DNA of 64,000 nt from Myxococcota bacterium (GTDB lineage Bacteria > Myxococcota_A > UBA9160 > UBA6930), in assembly GCA_965223705.1 (NCBI GenBank), contig OZ245015.1, forward strand, positions 4,224,001 to 4,288,000. Direction: 5' to 3'. The number at the start of each line of letters is the position of its first letter. Position 1 is the stretch's first letter. The notes beneath the pieces were generated by a model. It did not search any database and was not told the DNA's origin. It saw only the letters and a program-made list of their open reading frames with translations. Position numbers and translations under genes: made by a program. This document shows positions 1 to 9,605 of the stretch, in pieces.

Positions 1-1
1 C

Positions 2-532
2 GCTCCGGGGCGCGAACTACACCTGGCGATTGACGCGCGTTTCCAGAAAGGACTCTACTTCGGACCCGCCGAGCCGGGGGAGATCCAAGCGAGCTCGAAC
101 GGGATCGACCTCTTCATGACGACGCACACGGCAGCGCGCGCGGAAGGTCTTTCCATCGATGCGGAAACAACCGCCAACGGGCCGGCGTTCCGGATCGAGG
201 TCGCAGGGGAGCCGGTGGTATCCCAGATGAGCGTCTCCGAGCTCAAAAAATTGCTCGACTCGGGAGAACAAGCCTACGTGTTCGATGTGCGGACCGCCGA
301 GGAGATCGCGACCGCTCGAATCGAGGGCACGACGCCGTTCGATGCCGAAGCGCAGAGAAGTCTCCAAGGCCTCCCCCGAGACGCCTTGCTCGTCTTTCTC
401 TGCCATCACGGCGGGCGAAGCCAGAGCGCGGCGGAGCAAGTGGCGAGCCTGGGCTTCACGCGCGTATTCAACGTCTCGGGTGGAATCGACGCATGGTCTC
501 GTGAGATCGATTCCAGCGTCCCGCGCTACTGA
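2..532 (+). CDS. Rhodanese-domain protein, 5'-truncated (likely C-terminal part of a Grx4/IscA-like/rhodanese fusion)
   Basis: Frame is open from the window edge (APGRELHLAIDARFQ...). Rhodanese motifs DVRT..E, CHHGGRS, GGIDAWS. Sits directly upstream of bolA. Confidence 0.8.
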   Translation, partial: APGRELHLAIDARFQKGLYFGPAEPGEIQASSNGIDLFMTTHTAARAEGLSIDAETTANGPAFRIEVAGEPVVSQMSVSELKKLLDSGEQAYVFDVRTAEEIATARIEGTTPFDAEAQRSLQGLPRDALLVFLCHHGGRSQSAAEQVASLGFTRVFNVSGGIDAWSREIDSSVPRY

Positions 533-540
533 GCCTCACT

Positions 541-813
541 ATGCCGCTTCAGATCCTCTCCGAGCCGCCCGCCGAACCCAGTGACGTCATCGAGCAACTG
601 CGGGAGAAAATTCTCGCGGAGCTGCCCGACGCCGAAGTCGTCGTGACGGCCGGCGGACCGGGACACTTCGAAGTCACGGTCACGTCCCAGAGCTTCGAGG
701 GCCTGTCCCGTGTCAAACAACAACAGCGGGTCTATGCGGCCATCGCGCCGCTCATGGCGGGGAACACACCGCCGGTCCATGCGATCGACCGGATGGTGAC
801 GAAAACCCCGTAG
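541..813 (+). CDS. bolA: BolA/IbaG family protein
   Basis: GHFEVTVTSQSFEGLSRVKQQQRVY...VHAI signature. Confidence 0.9.
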   Translation: MPLQILSEPPAEPSDVIEQLREKILAELPDAEVVVTAGGPGHFEVTVTSQSFEGLSRVKQQQRVYAAIAPLMAGNTPPVHAIDRMVTKTP

Positions 814-824
814 GAGCTCGGGTC

Positions 825-1991
825 TTGTCCTCGCAGCCGCTTCCTCTCGACGCCCGACGTGTCGCGGGCCCCGGTGAGTTCCGCCCACTCGCGATCGGTG
901 GTCTGCGTGTCGATCCGCCGGTCGTGTTGGCCCCCATGGCTGGAGTGACAAACGCGCCGTTCCGTCAGCTATGCCGACGGTTCGGAGCCGGTCTCTACGT
1001 CAGCGAAATGATCACCGCCCGAGCGCTCGTCGAAGGAAACGCGAAGACGGAGCGCCTCGCGGGGTTCGGCCCCGACGAACGACCGAGGAGTTTGCAGCTC
1101 TACGGTGTCGATCCCGACTACTTGAAACGAGCGGTAGCGCGCCTTGTCGGCGAAGGTCGCGTCGACCACATCGATTTGAATTTCGGTTGCCCGGTGCGCA
1201 AAGTCACCCGTCGTGGCGGCGGCGCCGCGATCCCGGCGAAGCCCGATCATCTCCGACAGATTGTACGAGCCGTCGTTCGAGCGGCAGGCGACGTGCCGGT
1301 CACCATGAAATTCCGGATCGGCATCGACGACACGCTGACCACGTTCCTGGATGCCGGGCGAATCGGAGAAGAGGAAGGTTGTGCGGCGGTCGCTCTTCAC
1401 GCCCGGACCGCGGAGCAGTTCTACGATGGGCAGGCGAGCTGGGAAGCGATCGCCGCGCTGAAAGACCGTGTCCGTGGAATCCCCGTACTCGGAAACGGCG
1501 ATATTTGGGAAGCGTGGGACGCCCTTCGCATGATGCGCGATACCGGCTGCGACGGGGTCGTGGTCGGTCGCGGATGCCTCGGGCGCCCGTGGTTGTTTCG
1601 CGATCTGGCGGATGTCTTTGCCGGCCGCATGCCCACGGCACCGCCGAATTTCGGCGGCGTCGCCGACGTGATGCTGGAACACGCCGAAAGCTTGGCCGCT
1701 TGGCAAGGGGAGCACGCCGGCATGCGAGCGTTCCGAAAGCATGCGACGTGGTACACGAAGGGCTTCGCCGGGAGCAGTGCGCTGCGCGAGAGGCTCTGTC
1801 GCGTGGCGCGGGTCGAAGAACTCCGCGCGGTTCTCGAGACCATCGACCGCGACGAGCCTTTCCCGACCGCGGCGCTTCGCGTCCCTCGCGGCAAACGCGG
1901 CGGCCGGCAACGGGTCGTGCTGCCCGAGAACTTCTTCGACGCGGCGGGCGATAGCCCCGAAGAGCCTCTAGAAGCCGTCTCCGGCGGCTGA
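825..1991 (+). CDS. dusB: tRNA-dihydrouridine synthase DusB
   Basis: LAPMAGVT, IDLNFGCP, LHART, NGDI, VGRGCLGRPW, RKH motifs. Confidence 0.92.
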   Translation: MSSQPLPLDARRVAGPGEFRPLAIGGLRVDPPVVLAPMAGVTNAPFRQLCRRFGAGLYVSEMITARALVEGNAKTERLAGFGPDERPRSLQLYGVDPDYLKRAVARLVGEGRVDHIDLNFGCPVRKVTRRGGGAAIPAKPDHLRQIVRAVVRAAGDVPVTMKFRIGIDDTLTTFLDAGRIGEEEGCAAVALHARTAEQFYDGQASWEAIAALKDRVRGIPVLGNGDIWEAWDALRMMRDTGCDGVVVGRGCLGRPWLFRDLADVFAGRMPTAPPNFGGVADVMLEHAESLAAWQGEHAGMRAFRKHATWYTKGFAGSSALRERLCRVARVEELRAVLETIDRDEPFPTAALRVPRGKRGGRQRVVLPENFFDAAGDSPEEPLEAVSGG

Positions 1992-3521
1992 TTCCTTTCT
2001 GAGCTCTGCGACCCACTCCTTCGCGACGACCGCGGGCGAGCGCTGATCGCGATCGACGGCGAGGTTCGCGTCGCGCATCGCGTCCGCGGTGATCCGATTG
2101 TCGAGTCTCCTGAGTGCGGCCACGGCCTTGGGGAACGCGTCGATGAAACCGGGGCGGGCGAGAAGCATCGTGTCGTAAGGAGGGATCACGGCGCGGTCGT
2201 CCCGAAGCACGACCAGGTCGAAGCCGGCGATACGCCCATCGGTGGAGAACGCGCTGATGGCATCCACTTCGCCGATGGCAGCGGCCTGATACATCAGAGC
2301 GGGATCCATGGTGCGCTTTTCGAAAAACCGAAAGCCATAGGCATCCACCAAGGCGCTCCACTCGGTTCGGGCGAAGAACTCGAGATCGCCGCCGATCGTC
2401 AATTCGGACGAGATCGCCGCCAGGTCGGTCAACGTTTCAAGCCCGTGCCGCTCCGCGAGCGCTCGCCGCACCGCCAACGCGTACGTGTTCTCGAAGCCGA
2501 GGCGGGCGATGACGGAGATCCCGTGCTCCTCCACCAGGTAGGTTTCCACCGCGCGGAGAACGTCTGCGCGGTCGGAGAACGTTTCTCTCCCCATGATCGT
2601 CGCCCAGATCGTGCCTGAGTAGTCGGCGTACAGATCGATCTCCGACGATCTGAGCGCATCGAAAGCCACCGTGGAACCGAGTGACGTCACTTGGCGGGTA
2701 TCCTGTGCGGTGGCTCGGCTCACCCACTCACCGACGAGCTCTCCGAGGATGTACTGCTCGGTGAAGGCCTTCGTACCGATTCGAAGTGGCGCTCCTTCTC
2801 CGCTGGCGGGAAGCAGCGACCACGCGGACCACAGCACGCCCACGGCAAAGAGCCCGATGATCGCGCGCACCCAGACGAGTCGTCGCCGGTCGAGGCAGCG
2901 CTCGAGGCCGAAGATCAGCTGATCGAGCGTGATCGCGAGCCCGGCGGCCGCGACGCAACCGATCAGGACCGCCGCGAAGTTTCGCGTCTGCAGACCGGTG
3001 AAGATGTAGTTGCCGAGGCTCGTCGCTCCTACCGGCGTCGAGAGGGTCGCGGTGCCGACGACCCAAACCGCCGCGGTCCGAACCCCCGCCACGATCACGG
3101 GAAGGGCCAGCGGCAGTTCGACGGTGCGCAGGCGCTGGAGATCGGTCATCCCCGCGGCCTTCGCCGCTTCGACCACAGCGGGGGACACGCCCCGAATCCC
3201 GGTGACGGTATTCCTCAGGATCGGCAACGCGCTGTACAGCGCCAAAGCCGTGACCGCGGGGAGGTAGCCGATACTCGGGATCGCGATTCCGGTCGCCGCG
3301 CCGAGGAGCGCCAGGGCGGGCACCATAATCGCGAGCAGGGCCAGACTCGGGATGGTTTGCACCACGCCCGCGAGCCCCATGAGCCACGGCTCGAGCTTCC
3401 GGCTCCGAGTCGCCGCGACGCCGAGCGGGAGCGAGATCGCGACGCCGACCGCCAGCGCGACGAGCGAGAGGCGCAGATGACCGCCCAGGTACTCGGGGAG
3501 TAGCGCGAGTTGCTCGGTCAC
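1968..3521 (-). CDS. Osmoprotectant (glycine betaine/choline) ABC transporter, fused permease and substrate-binding protein
   Basis: QTIPSLALL, EAAKAAGM, VELPLALP permease motifs, then IGTKAFTEQ, GFENTYAL and PPYD binding-domain motifs. Confidence 0.9.
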   Translation of the reverse strand: MTEQLALLPEYLGGHLRLSLVALAVGVAISLPLGVAATRSRKLEPWLMGLAGVVQTIPSLALLAIMVPALALLGAATGIAIPSIGYLPAVTALALYSALPILRNTVTGIRGVSPAVVEAAKAAGMTDLQRLRTVELPLALPVIVAGVRTAAVWVVGTATLSTPVGATSLGNYIFTGLQTRNFAAVLIGCVAAAGLAITLDQLIFGLERCLDRRRLVWVRAIIGLFAVGVLWSAWSLLPASGEGAPLRIGTKAFTEQYILGELVGEWVSRATAQDTRQVTSLGSTVAFDALRSSEIDLYADYSGTIWATIMGRETFSDRADVLRAVETYLVEEHGISVIARLGFENTYALAVRRALAERHGLETLTDLAAISSELTIGGDLEFFARTEWSALVDAYGFRFFEKRTMDPALMYQAAAIGEVDAISAFSTDGRIAGFDLVVLRDDRAVIPPYDTMLLARPGFIDAFPKAVAALRRLDNRITADAMRDANLAVDRDQRSPAVVAKEWVAELRKESAAGDGF

Positions 3522-4300
3522 GAACGGCCTTCCTGCAGCACCCGCAATGACTCGGCCTGACGCCCCGGAGCGGCGAGTAGCTCGGATACGCGTGGGCCCG
3601 AAGGAGCGGCGAGCAGCCGCTCCGGCGTATCGACTTGAAGCAGTTCTCCCTCGTCCATCACACCGATGCGATCCGCCAAGAGCAGTGCTTCCACCATGTC
3701 GTGGGTGACGAAGACCACCGTCGTCGCCAGGCTACGGCGGATTTCGAGAAAGAATTGCTGCAGCCTTTCTCGAACGAGCGGATCGAGTGCCCCGAAAGGT
3801 TCGTCGAGTAGAAGCACCTCGGGTTCCGCTGCGAGGGCGCGCGCGAGCCCGACACGTTGTTGTTGGCCGCCCGAGAGCTCCCCGGGCATGCGGTCGCGAA
3901 AAGTGCCGGGTTCGAGTTCTACGAGGGTGAGGAGCTCGTCGACGCGCGACGCGCGGCGCTCGCTGGACCAGCCGAGGAGTTTCGGCGTGATCGCGATGTT
4001 CTCCGCGACCGAGAGATGCGGGAACAGACCGACTTGCTGGAACGCGTAGCCGACGCGACGCCTGAGTTCGTGCGGCTCTCCGTCGGCGACGTCGCGGTCG
4101 CCCACGAGCACGCGACCGGCCGTGGGTTCGACCAGGCGATTCACGGTCTTCAAGAGCGTCGTCTTGCCGCTGCCGGATCCACCGACCAGCACCAAACACT
4201 CACCCGGCGAAACGCGCAGGGAAACGTCGCGCACGGCGAACGTTTGGCCCGACGGTGTGTCGTAGGACTTCGTCACGCCCTCGAAGCGGATCCCGGTCAA
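3518..4300 (-). CDS. Osmoprotectant ABC transporter ATP-binding protein
   Basis: GGSGSGKT, LSGGQQQR, LLLDEPFGALD, FVTHD; 4-nt overlap with the permease gene. Confidence 0.92.
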   Translation of the reverse strand: MTGIRFEGVTKSYDTPSGQTFAVRDVSLRVSPGECLVLVGGSGSGKTTLLKTVNRLVEPTAGRVLVGDRDVADGEPHELRRRVGYAFQQVGLFPHLSVAENIAITPKLLGWSSERRASRVDELLTLVELEPGTFRDRMPGELSGGQQQRVGLARALAAEPEVLLLDEPFGALDPLVRERLQQFFLEIRRSLATTVVFVTHDMVEALLLADRIGVMDEGELLQVDTPERLLAAPSGPRVSELLAAPGRQAESLRVLQEGRS

Positions 4301-4340
4301 GGATTCGCCCCGTCCGATCGGACTCTCATGGGATGTGAGC

Positions 4341-5609
4341 TTAGCTGGAGCGGAGGGGCGTGGGCTTTCCGAAGAGCCATCCCTGTCCGAACGGGATGCC
4401 GAGCTCGCCCAGTGTCTCGAGCTCTTCCAAGGTGTCGAGGCCTTCGGCGATAATCTGCGCGCCGAACTTGCTCGCTACCGAATGCAACGCCGAGAGCAGG
4501 GTTCGGCGGGCCGGATCCTTGTCGATGTCGTGCACGAAGGCGCGATCGACTTTGATGAAATCGGGCTCGAGCTCGATGACCGCTTGCAGGCTCGCGTAGC
4601 CCGTCCCGGTGTCATCGAGCGCGATACGGAAGCCGAGCTTGCGGTAATCGTCTCGGAATTCCTTGAACACGTCGAAGTTGTGAATCGATTCCTGTTCGGA
4701 AATCTCGAAAACCACGTCGCTGGGAGAAAGCTGGCTGCGTTCGAGCGTTCGAATCAAGGCCTCGGGCGCGAAATTGGGATCGTGGATCGACGTCGGTCGG
4801 ACGTTCAAAAAAAGCTTCGTTCCCGACGGCAATCCCTCCGCCCCTTGGAGGCCGCTTCGCCGACACAGGCAGTCGAGCTCGAACAGAAGGCCTTCTTCCT
4901 CGGCCCCTTGAAACAGCGCAAGTGGCGAGTGGAGGTCGGTTCCCTCCGGACCGCGGGCGAGCGCCTCATAGGCGAAGACCGTTCGACTCGTCACGTCGAC
5001 AATCGGTTCGTAGACGGAGCTCACTTCACCGGCCATCACCAGTCCGACGAGAATCTTGCGACGACGTCGCGCTTCGATACCGACGGCGAGGGAAGCATCC
5101 GCCCGAGCCTCTTCCAAGGATTGTCGAACTTGCGTGGCAGCCCCGAAGTGCGGGTTGCGGAGAACCGCGGAGTAGCCGACGCCGAAGATGGGCGGCCGGC
5201 GAAAATACGGGTACACGACCCGGTGTCCGTGACGCTGCAGCGCCTGCCCGAGCTGAGTGGTAAAGCGAGGCAGCTCATCGCGATAGAAGGCCCCGTCGTT
5301 CTGTCCGCGGAAAACCAAGGCGACGATTTCGTGACGCCCGGTTTCTCCGGCGACCACCATGGTCTCTCCGTCGAGTTGTTCCTCGGCGACGTCGGCCACG
5401 AGGGCGCCCAACGCGGAGAGGCAACGGCCGTGAGCCTCGCTACCGTACGCGCGTTCAATGTCTTCGAGGCGCGCCGCGTCGACGACCACGACACCCAGCA
5501 AGCCCATCGACGAAAACCGGGTGGCCACGTGGGGAAGTGCGGTGCCCAGGCCCTGGAGCTGGGCTCCCTGGTAGGCGCGAGGCTGTTCGAGGTCTTCGGT
5601 GTCCGCCAT
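4341..5609 (-). CDS. EAL-domain c-di-GMP phosphodiesterase with N-terminal degenerate GGDEF-like region
   Basis: YEPIV, EALAR, LFLNV, FEISE, ALDDTGTGYASL, IKVD, IAEG, GQG motifs. Confidence 0.85.
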   Translation of the reverse strand: MADTEDLEQPRAYQGAQLQGLGTALPHVATRFSSMGLLGVVVVDAARLEDIERAYGSEAHGRCLSALGALVADVAEEQLDGETMVVAGETGRHEIVALVFRGQNDGAFYRDELPRFTTQLGQALQRHGHRVVYPYFRRPPIFGVGYSAVLRNPHFGAATQVRQSLEEARADASLAVGIEARRRRKILVGLVMAGEVSSVYEPIVDVTSRTVFAYEALARGPEGTDLHSPLALFQGAEEEGLLFELDCLCRRSGLQGAEGLPSGTKLFLNVRPTSIHDPNFAPEALIRTLERSQLSPSDVVFEISEQESIHNFDVFKEFRDDYRKLGFRIALDDTGTGYASLQAVIELEPDFIKVDRAFVHDIDKDPARRTLLSALHSVASKFGAQIIAEGLDTLEELETLGELGIPFGQGWLFGKPTPLRSS

Positions 5610-5671
5610 AGGGGCTGAATCGGCAGAAGCGACGGTCCGATTGAGCCCGGACGGCGCTATCGTCGGGGGCC

Positions 5672-6295
5672 GTGCCCATCACAACGATCGTATTCGACCT
5701 CGGAGGCGTCGTCCTAGGCTCTCCCCTCGAAGCCATTCGGCGCTACGAAGAGGATGTGGAAAGCCCCGTAGGCAGCCTGGGGCGCCATATCAATGCCTCG
5801 GGCCGTGACGGTGCTTGGTCGCGCCTCGAATGCGGGGAGCTCGCACTCGACGCTTTTTGCGCCGCCTTCGATGCAGAGTGCAACGCCGCGGGCCTCCCGT
5901 TTACCGGCCGGGAACTGATGCGGCGCATCGGGCGCGCTACCAAGAATCCCCGGCCTGAGATGATCGAGGCCATCGCGCGTTTGCGAAATGTCGGCTTGAG
6001 GGTGGCAGCCCTCACCAACAATTGGCGGGGCAAAGGCGACGGCACCCGGGCCCTGGCGCCGCACTTCGACGCGTTTTTCGAATCGGCCGCGCTCGGTATG
6101 CGAAAGCCCGACCCGCGGATCTACCAGCACGTGTGCCGCGAGCTCGGCATCGAGCCGATCGAAGCGGTGTTCTTGGACGACATCGGCGCGAATCTCAAGA
6201 CGGCACGCCAGCTCGGAATGACCACGATCAAGGTCTCCGAACCGAGACGAGCGCTCGAGGACTTGGGCGCTCTGCTCGACCTCGAACTCGCCTGA
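5672..6295 (+). CDS. HAD-family phosphatase (epoxide-hydrolase N-terminal-like)
   Basis: FDLGGV, LTNN, RKPDPRIY, FLDD motifs. Confidence 0.9.
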   Translation: MPITTIVFDLGGVVLGSPLEAIRRYEEDVESPVGSLGRHINASGRDGAWSRLECGELALDAFCAAFDAECNAAGLPFTGRELMRRIGRATKNPRPEMIEAIARLRNVGLRVAALTNNWRGKGDGTRALAPHFDAFFESAALGMRKPDPRIYQHVCRELGIEPIEAVFLDDIGANLKTARQLGMTTIKVSEPRRALEDLGALLDLELA

Positions 6296-6296
6296 G

Positions 6297-6821
6297 CTAG
6301 TCCGACGCTTCGAGCCGACGGCGGTGCTTGCCGTCGCAGAGCACGCAGACGATCGCCGACGAGCTGCCGAGTTCTATCCGCAGGGAGAGGATCAGGGAAT
6401 CCGGCGGCGCATGCGTCGTCAGCAGGGCAAATACCGGGTTCCCCTCGAACGTCCGAACGGGCCGGACTTCGTGCGCGTGGGGATCGGCGCCGGGGAAGAT
6501 TTCGCGGCATAGGAGCGAGACCAGGGCCCGTTCGGCCTCGGCCTCCGTTCCGTCGCGATGCGGCGCCGCGAACAACACGCTCGCGATCGGCGGCTCGGAA
6601 ACGGTCGCCAAGAAACCTCGATACGTCTCACCGTCGGGATCGGCGGGGTCGCTCGGGAGGGTCACCCGATCGGGGAAGTCCGAAAGCGAGCACAACGAGA
6701 CGCCCCCGAGAGCGATCGGGCGCTCCCAGTGCTGGGGGAACGTGTCGCCGTCCTCAAAGCGCGCGAGCGCAACGGCCAATTCTTCGAGCAGACGATCGAG
6801 TTTCACGTGGTTACCGCGCAT
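6297..6821 (-). CDS. Hypothetical protein
   Basis: Fills the gap between flanking genes; ATG at 6821 (or GTG at 6806); no recognised motif. Confidence 0.55.
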   Translation of the reverse strand: MRGNHVKLDRLLEELAVALARFEDGDTFPQHWERPIALGGVSLCSLSDFPDRVTLPSDPADPDGETYRGFLATVSEPPIASVLFAAPHRDGTEAEAERALVSLLCREIFPGADPHAHEVRPVRTFEGNPVFALLTTHAPPDSLILSLRIELGSSSAIVCVLCDGKHRRRLEASD

Positions 6822-6994
6822 TTTATCGACCGAGCGACCGGATCTCTGTAGCGCGAAACCCCCGAAAATCGACTGCCGGTGAGCTGCGTCACTCGTGCCG
6901 GACGGCCTTTCGACCGATACGCAGCCCGAGTGCCGGCTCGCGGCAAGACCTCTACTCGGTCCGCCGCTCCCCCATAGCCCGGACGGAGGCAAGT

Positions 6995-7729
6995 ATGGTC
7001 CCCAACCGCGAGATCCTGATGGTGGATTCGGGCGAACACTCGCTGCGCGCCTTGGCATCCCAAGCGCGAGGCCTCGAATTTCGCGTCGTCACCGTTAAGA
7101 CACCGGAAGGCGCCCACGCGGTCCTGGTGGATCCGCGTCACGACATCGGCGCCGCGGTCATCACGCCGGACATGCCCGCCGCGAGCCTCTCCGGTGCCGT
7201 CGAGGCGATTCGGGAGCTCGCGTCCCATTCCCGTTTGCCGGTCCTCGCGGTCGGCCGCCGCGGCTCCCGCGCGGTCACACGTGAAGCGTTGCGGGAGGCC
7301 GGTGTCGACCTCGCCCTGGCCGATCCCATGGACGATCACACGCTCCGCTTCCAGCTGAACCGAGCCCTCGCCGAGAACCAGGGACCGGAGAAAGAGCGCC
7401 GCTCTCTCCGCGTCCCGGCCGATTGGCCGATCCGCATGAGAATCGGCAGCCGCGAGAAGGAAGCGCGATTGTATTCGGTGTCCTCCGCGGGGGCCTATCT
7501 CGCGACCGATCGACCCGTAGTCCGTAACGCGATCGTCTACCTCACCCTCCCGCTTCCGGGGGGCTCGGTGACGACCACCGCGCGCGTCGTGATGACGAAC
7601 GTGCCCGGCAACCTGAAACGCACCAACCTGCCCCTCGGCATGGGGGTGCGCTTCACCGGAACCCCCGAAGAAACGGCGCGGGCGATCGACGCGTTCGCGC
7701 GCGCTCGTCACCAGCATCTGGTGATCTAG
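6995..7729 (+). CDS. Receiver-like domain plus PilZ domain protein
   Basis: N-terminal ILMVD receiver-like fold; C-terminal RRSLRVP (RxxxR), SVSSAG and GMGVRF. Confidence 0.8.
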   Translation: MVPNREILMVDSGEHSLRALASQARGLEFRVVTVKTPEGAHAVLVDPRHDIGAAVITPDMPAASLSGAVEAIRELASHSRLPVLAVGRRGSRAVTREALREAGVDLALADPMDDHTLRFQLNRALAENQGPEKERRSLRVPADWPIRMRIGSREKEARLYSVSSAGAYLATDRPVVRNAIVYLTLPLPGGSVTTTARVVMTNVPGNLKRTNLPLGMGVRFTGTPEETARAIDAFARARHQHLVI

Positions 7730-7778
7730 ACGCGCCCTCCTTGGGTTAGGCTTCCACCCGCCCGAGCGAAACTGGGAA

Positions 7779-9605
7779 TTGTCGGAGGGGGCCTTGGCGA
7801 GCGCAGAAGAAGTACGGGATCCGGTGAGCCTCGACCTCGCGACGGTCGGCAACTGCAGTTTCTCCGCCCTCGTAGATCAAACCGGCCGCATCGTGTGGTG
7901 CTGTCTCCCGCGCTTCGACGGAGATCCGGTTTTTTCGGCGCTCCTGGCCGGCGAAGAACAACCCGAACGCGGCTACTACGAGATTGCGCTCGACGACTTC
8001 GACCGCAGCGAGCAGACCTACCGGCGCAATTCCGCAGTCGTCGAAACGCGCCTGTACGACAAGCACGGCGGCGCGATCGAAATCGTCGACTTCGCGCCGC
8101 GTTTCCACAAATCGGGGCGCATGTACCGCCCTCTGATGTTGGTCCGACGCGTGACTCCGATTTCGGGAACCCCGCGCGTCCGGGTCCGGCTGCGACCTGC
8201 TCTTCAGTACGGCGCTCGATCCGCGCAGACGACCCACGGCAGCAACCACATCCGCTACCTCCTCGAGGACCTGACGATCCGGCTGACGACGGACGCGCCG
8301 ATCTCCTACGTCCTCGAGGAGGTCCCGTTCATTGTCGCGGAACCGTTTTCACTCATCCTCGGTCCCGACGAGTCGCTTTCCGCCTCGATCGACGCGACCG
8401 CCCGGGAGTTCGAAGAACGCACCGGCGACTACTGGGTCAACTGGACGCGGAGTCTGTCGATTCCCTTCGAGTGGCAGACCTCGGTGATCCGCGCAGCCAT
8501 CACACTGAAGTTGTGCGCGTTCGAAGAGAGCGGCGCGATTGTCGCTGCAATGACGACATCGATTCCCGAGTCCGCCGGCAGCGAGCGCAATTGGGACTAC
8601 CGCTACTGCTGGCTGCGCGACGCGTATTTCGTCGTGCACGCCTTGAATCGATTGGGCGCGACCAAGACGATGGAGGGTTTGCTGCGATACGTGAGCAACA
8701 TCGTGGCGGGATCGGAGACCGGACACCTCCAGCCGGTCTACGGCGTCACTCAAGAAGCGAAGCTCGTCGAGTCCACGGTGGATCACTTGCCCGGCTACCG
8801 AGGCATGGGACCCGTGCGGGTGGGTAATCAAGCCTATGAGCACATCCAGAACGACGTCTACGGAAGCGTGATCCTCGCCGCCGCACAGTCGTTCTTCGAC
8901 CAGCGTCTCACCCAACCCGGCGGCCCCGAATCCTTCGAGCGACTCGAGCAGATCGGCGAGAAAGCGGTGAAGCTGTTCGATCAGCCCGACGCCGGCCTCT
9001 GGGAGCTTCGGACCCGCGCTCGTGTGCACACCTTTTCCGCGATCATGTGCTGGGCGGCGTGTGATCGACTGGGGCGTATCGCGGGTCAGCTCGGACTCGC
9101 GGACGCCGAGCGGCGCTGGTCCTCCCACGCGGAGAACATCCACGCCGAGATCTGTCGACGGGCATGGAGCGAAGAGCGGAAGAGCTTCGTCGAAAGCTTC
9201 GAGGGCGACGATCTCGACGCGAGCTTGTTGCTGATCGAAATGCTCGGTTTCCTACCCGCCGACGATCCCCGATTCGCATCGACGGTCGAAGCGATCGAGG
9301 CGGACCTCCGTATCGGCGACTATCTCTTCCGCTACCGTGCGCCGGATGATTTCGGCGCGCCGGAAGTCGCGTTCAACATCTGCACGTTCTGGTATATCGA
9401 CGCGCTGACCGCCCTGGGACGCACCGATGAAGCTCGCTCCTTGTTCGAGAACATGCTCGACAAGCGCAATCACGTGGGCCTTCTCTCGGAAGATCTCGAA
9501 CCCGGATCGGGTCAGCTCTGGGGGAATTTTCCGCAGACCTACTCGATGGTCGGCCTGATCATCTGCGCGATGCGACTCAGCAAGAGTTGGGAAGAAGCGT
9601 TCTAG
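7779..9605 (+). CDS. Glycoside hydrolase family 15 (trehalase/glucoamylase-like)
   Basis: CLPRFD, TTSIPE, RNWDYRYCWLRD, GLWELR, GLLSED, GNFPQ; start may be GTG 7825. Confidence 0.93.
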   Translation: MSEGALASAEEVRDPVSLDLATVGNCSFSALVDQTGRIVWCCLPRFDGDPVFSALLAGEEQPERGYYEIALDDFDRSEQTYRRNSAVVETRLYDKHGGAIEIVDFAPRFHKSGRMYRPLMLVRRVTPISGTPRVRVRLRPALQYGARSAQTTHGSNHIRYLLEDLTIRLTTDAPISYVLEEVPFIVAEPFSLILGPDESLSASIDATAREFEERTGDYWVNWTRSLSIPFEWQTSVIRAAITLKLCAFEESGAIVAAMTTSIPESAGSERNWDYRYCWLRDAYFVVHALNRLGATKTMEGLLRYVSNIVAGSETGHLQPVYGVTQEAKLVESTVDHLPGYRGMGPVRVGNQAYEHIQNDVYGSVILAAAQSFFDQRLTQPGGPESFERLEQIGEKAVKLFDQPDAGLWELRTRARVHTFSAIMCWAACDRLGRIAGQLGLADAERRWSSHAENIHAEICRRAWSEERKSFVESFEGDDLDASLLLIEMLGFLPADDPRFASTVEAIEADLRIGDYLFRYRAPDDFGAPEVAFNICTFWYIDALTALGRTDEARSLFENMLDKRNHVGLLSEDLEPGSGQLWGNFPQTYSMVGLIICAMRLSKSWEEAF

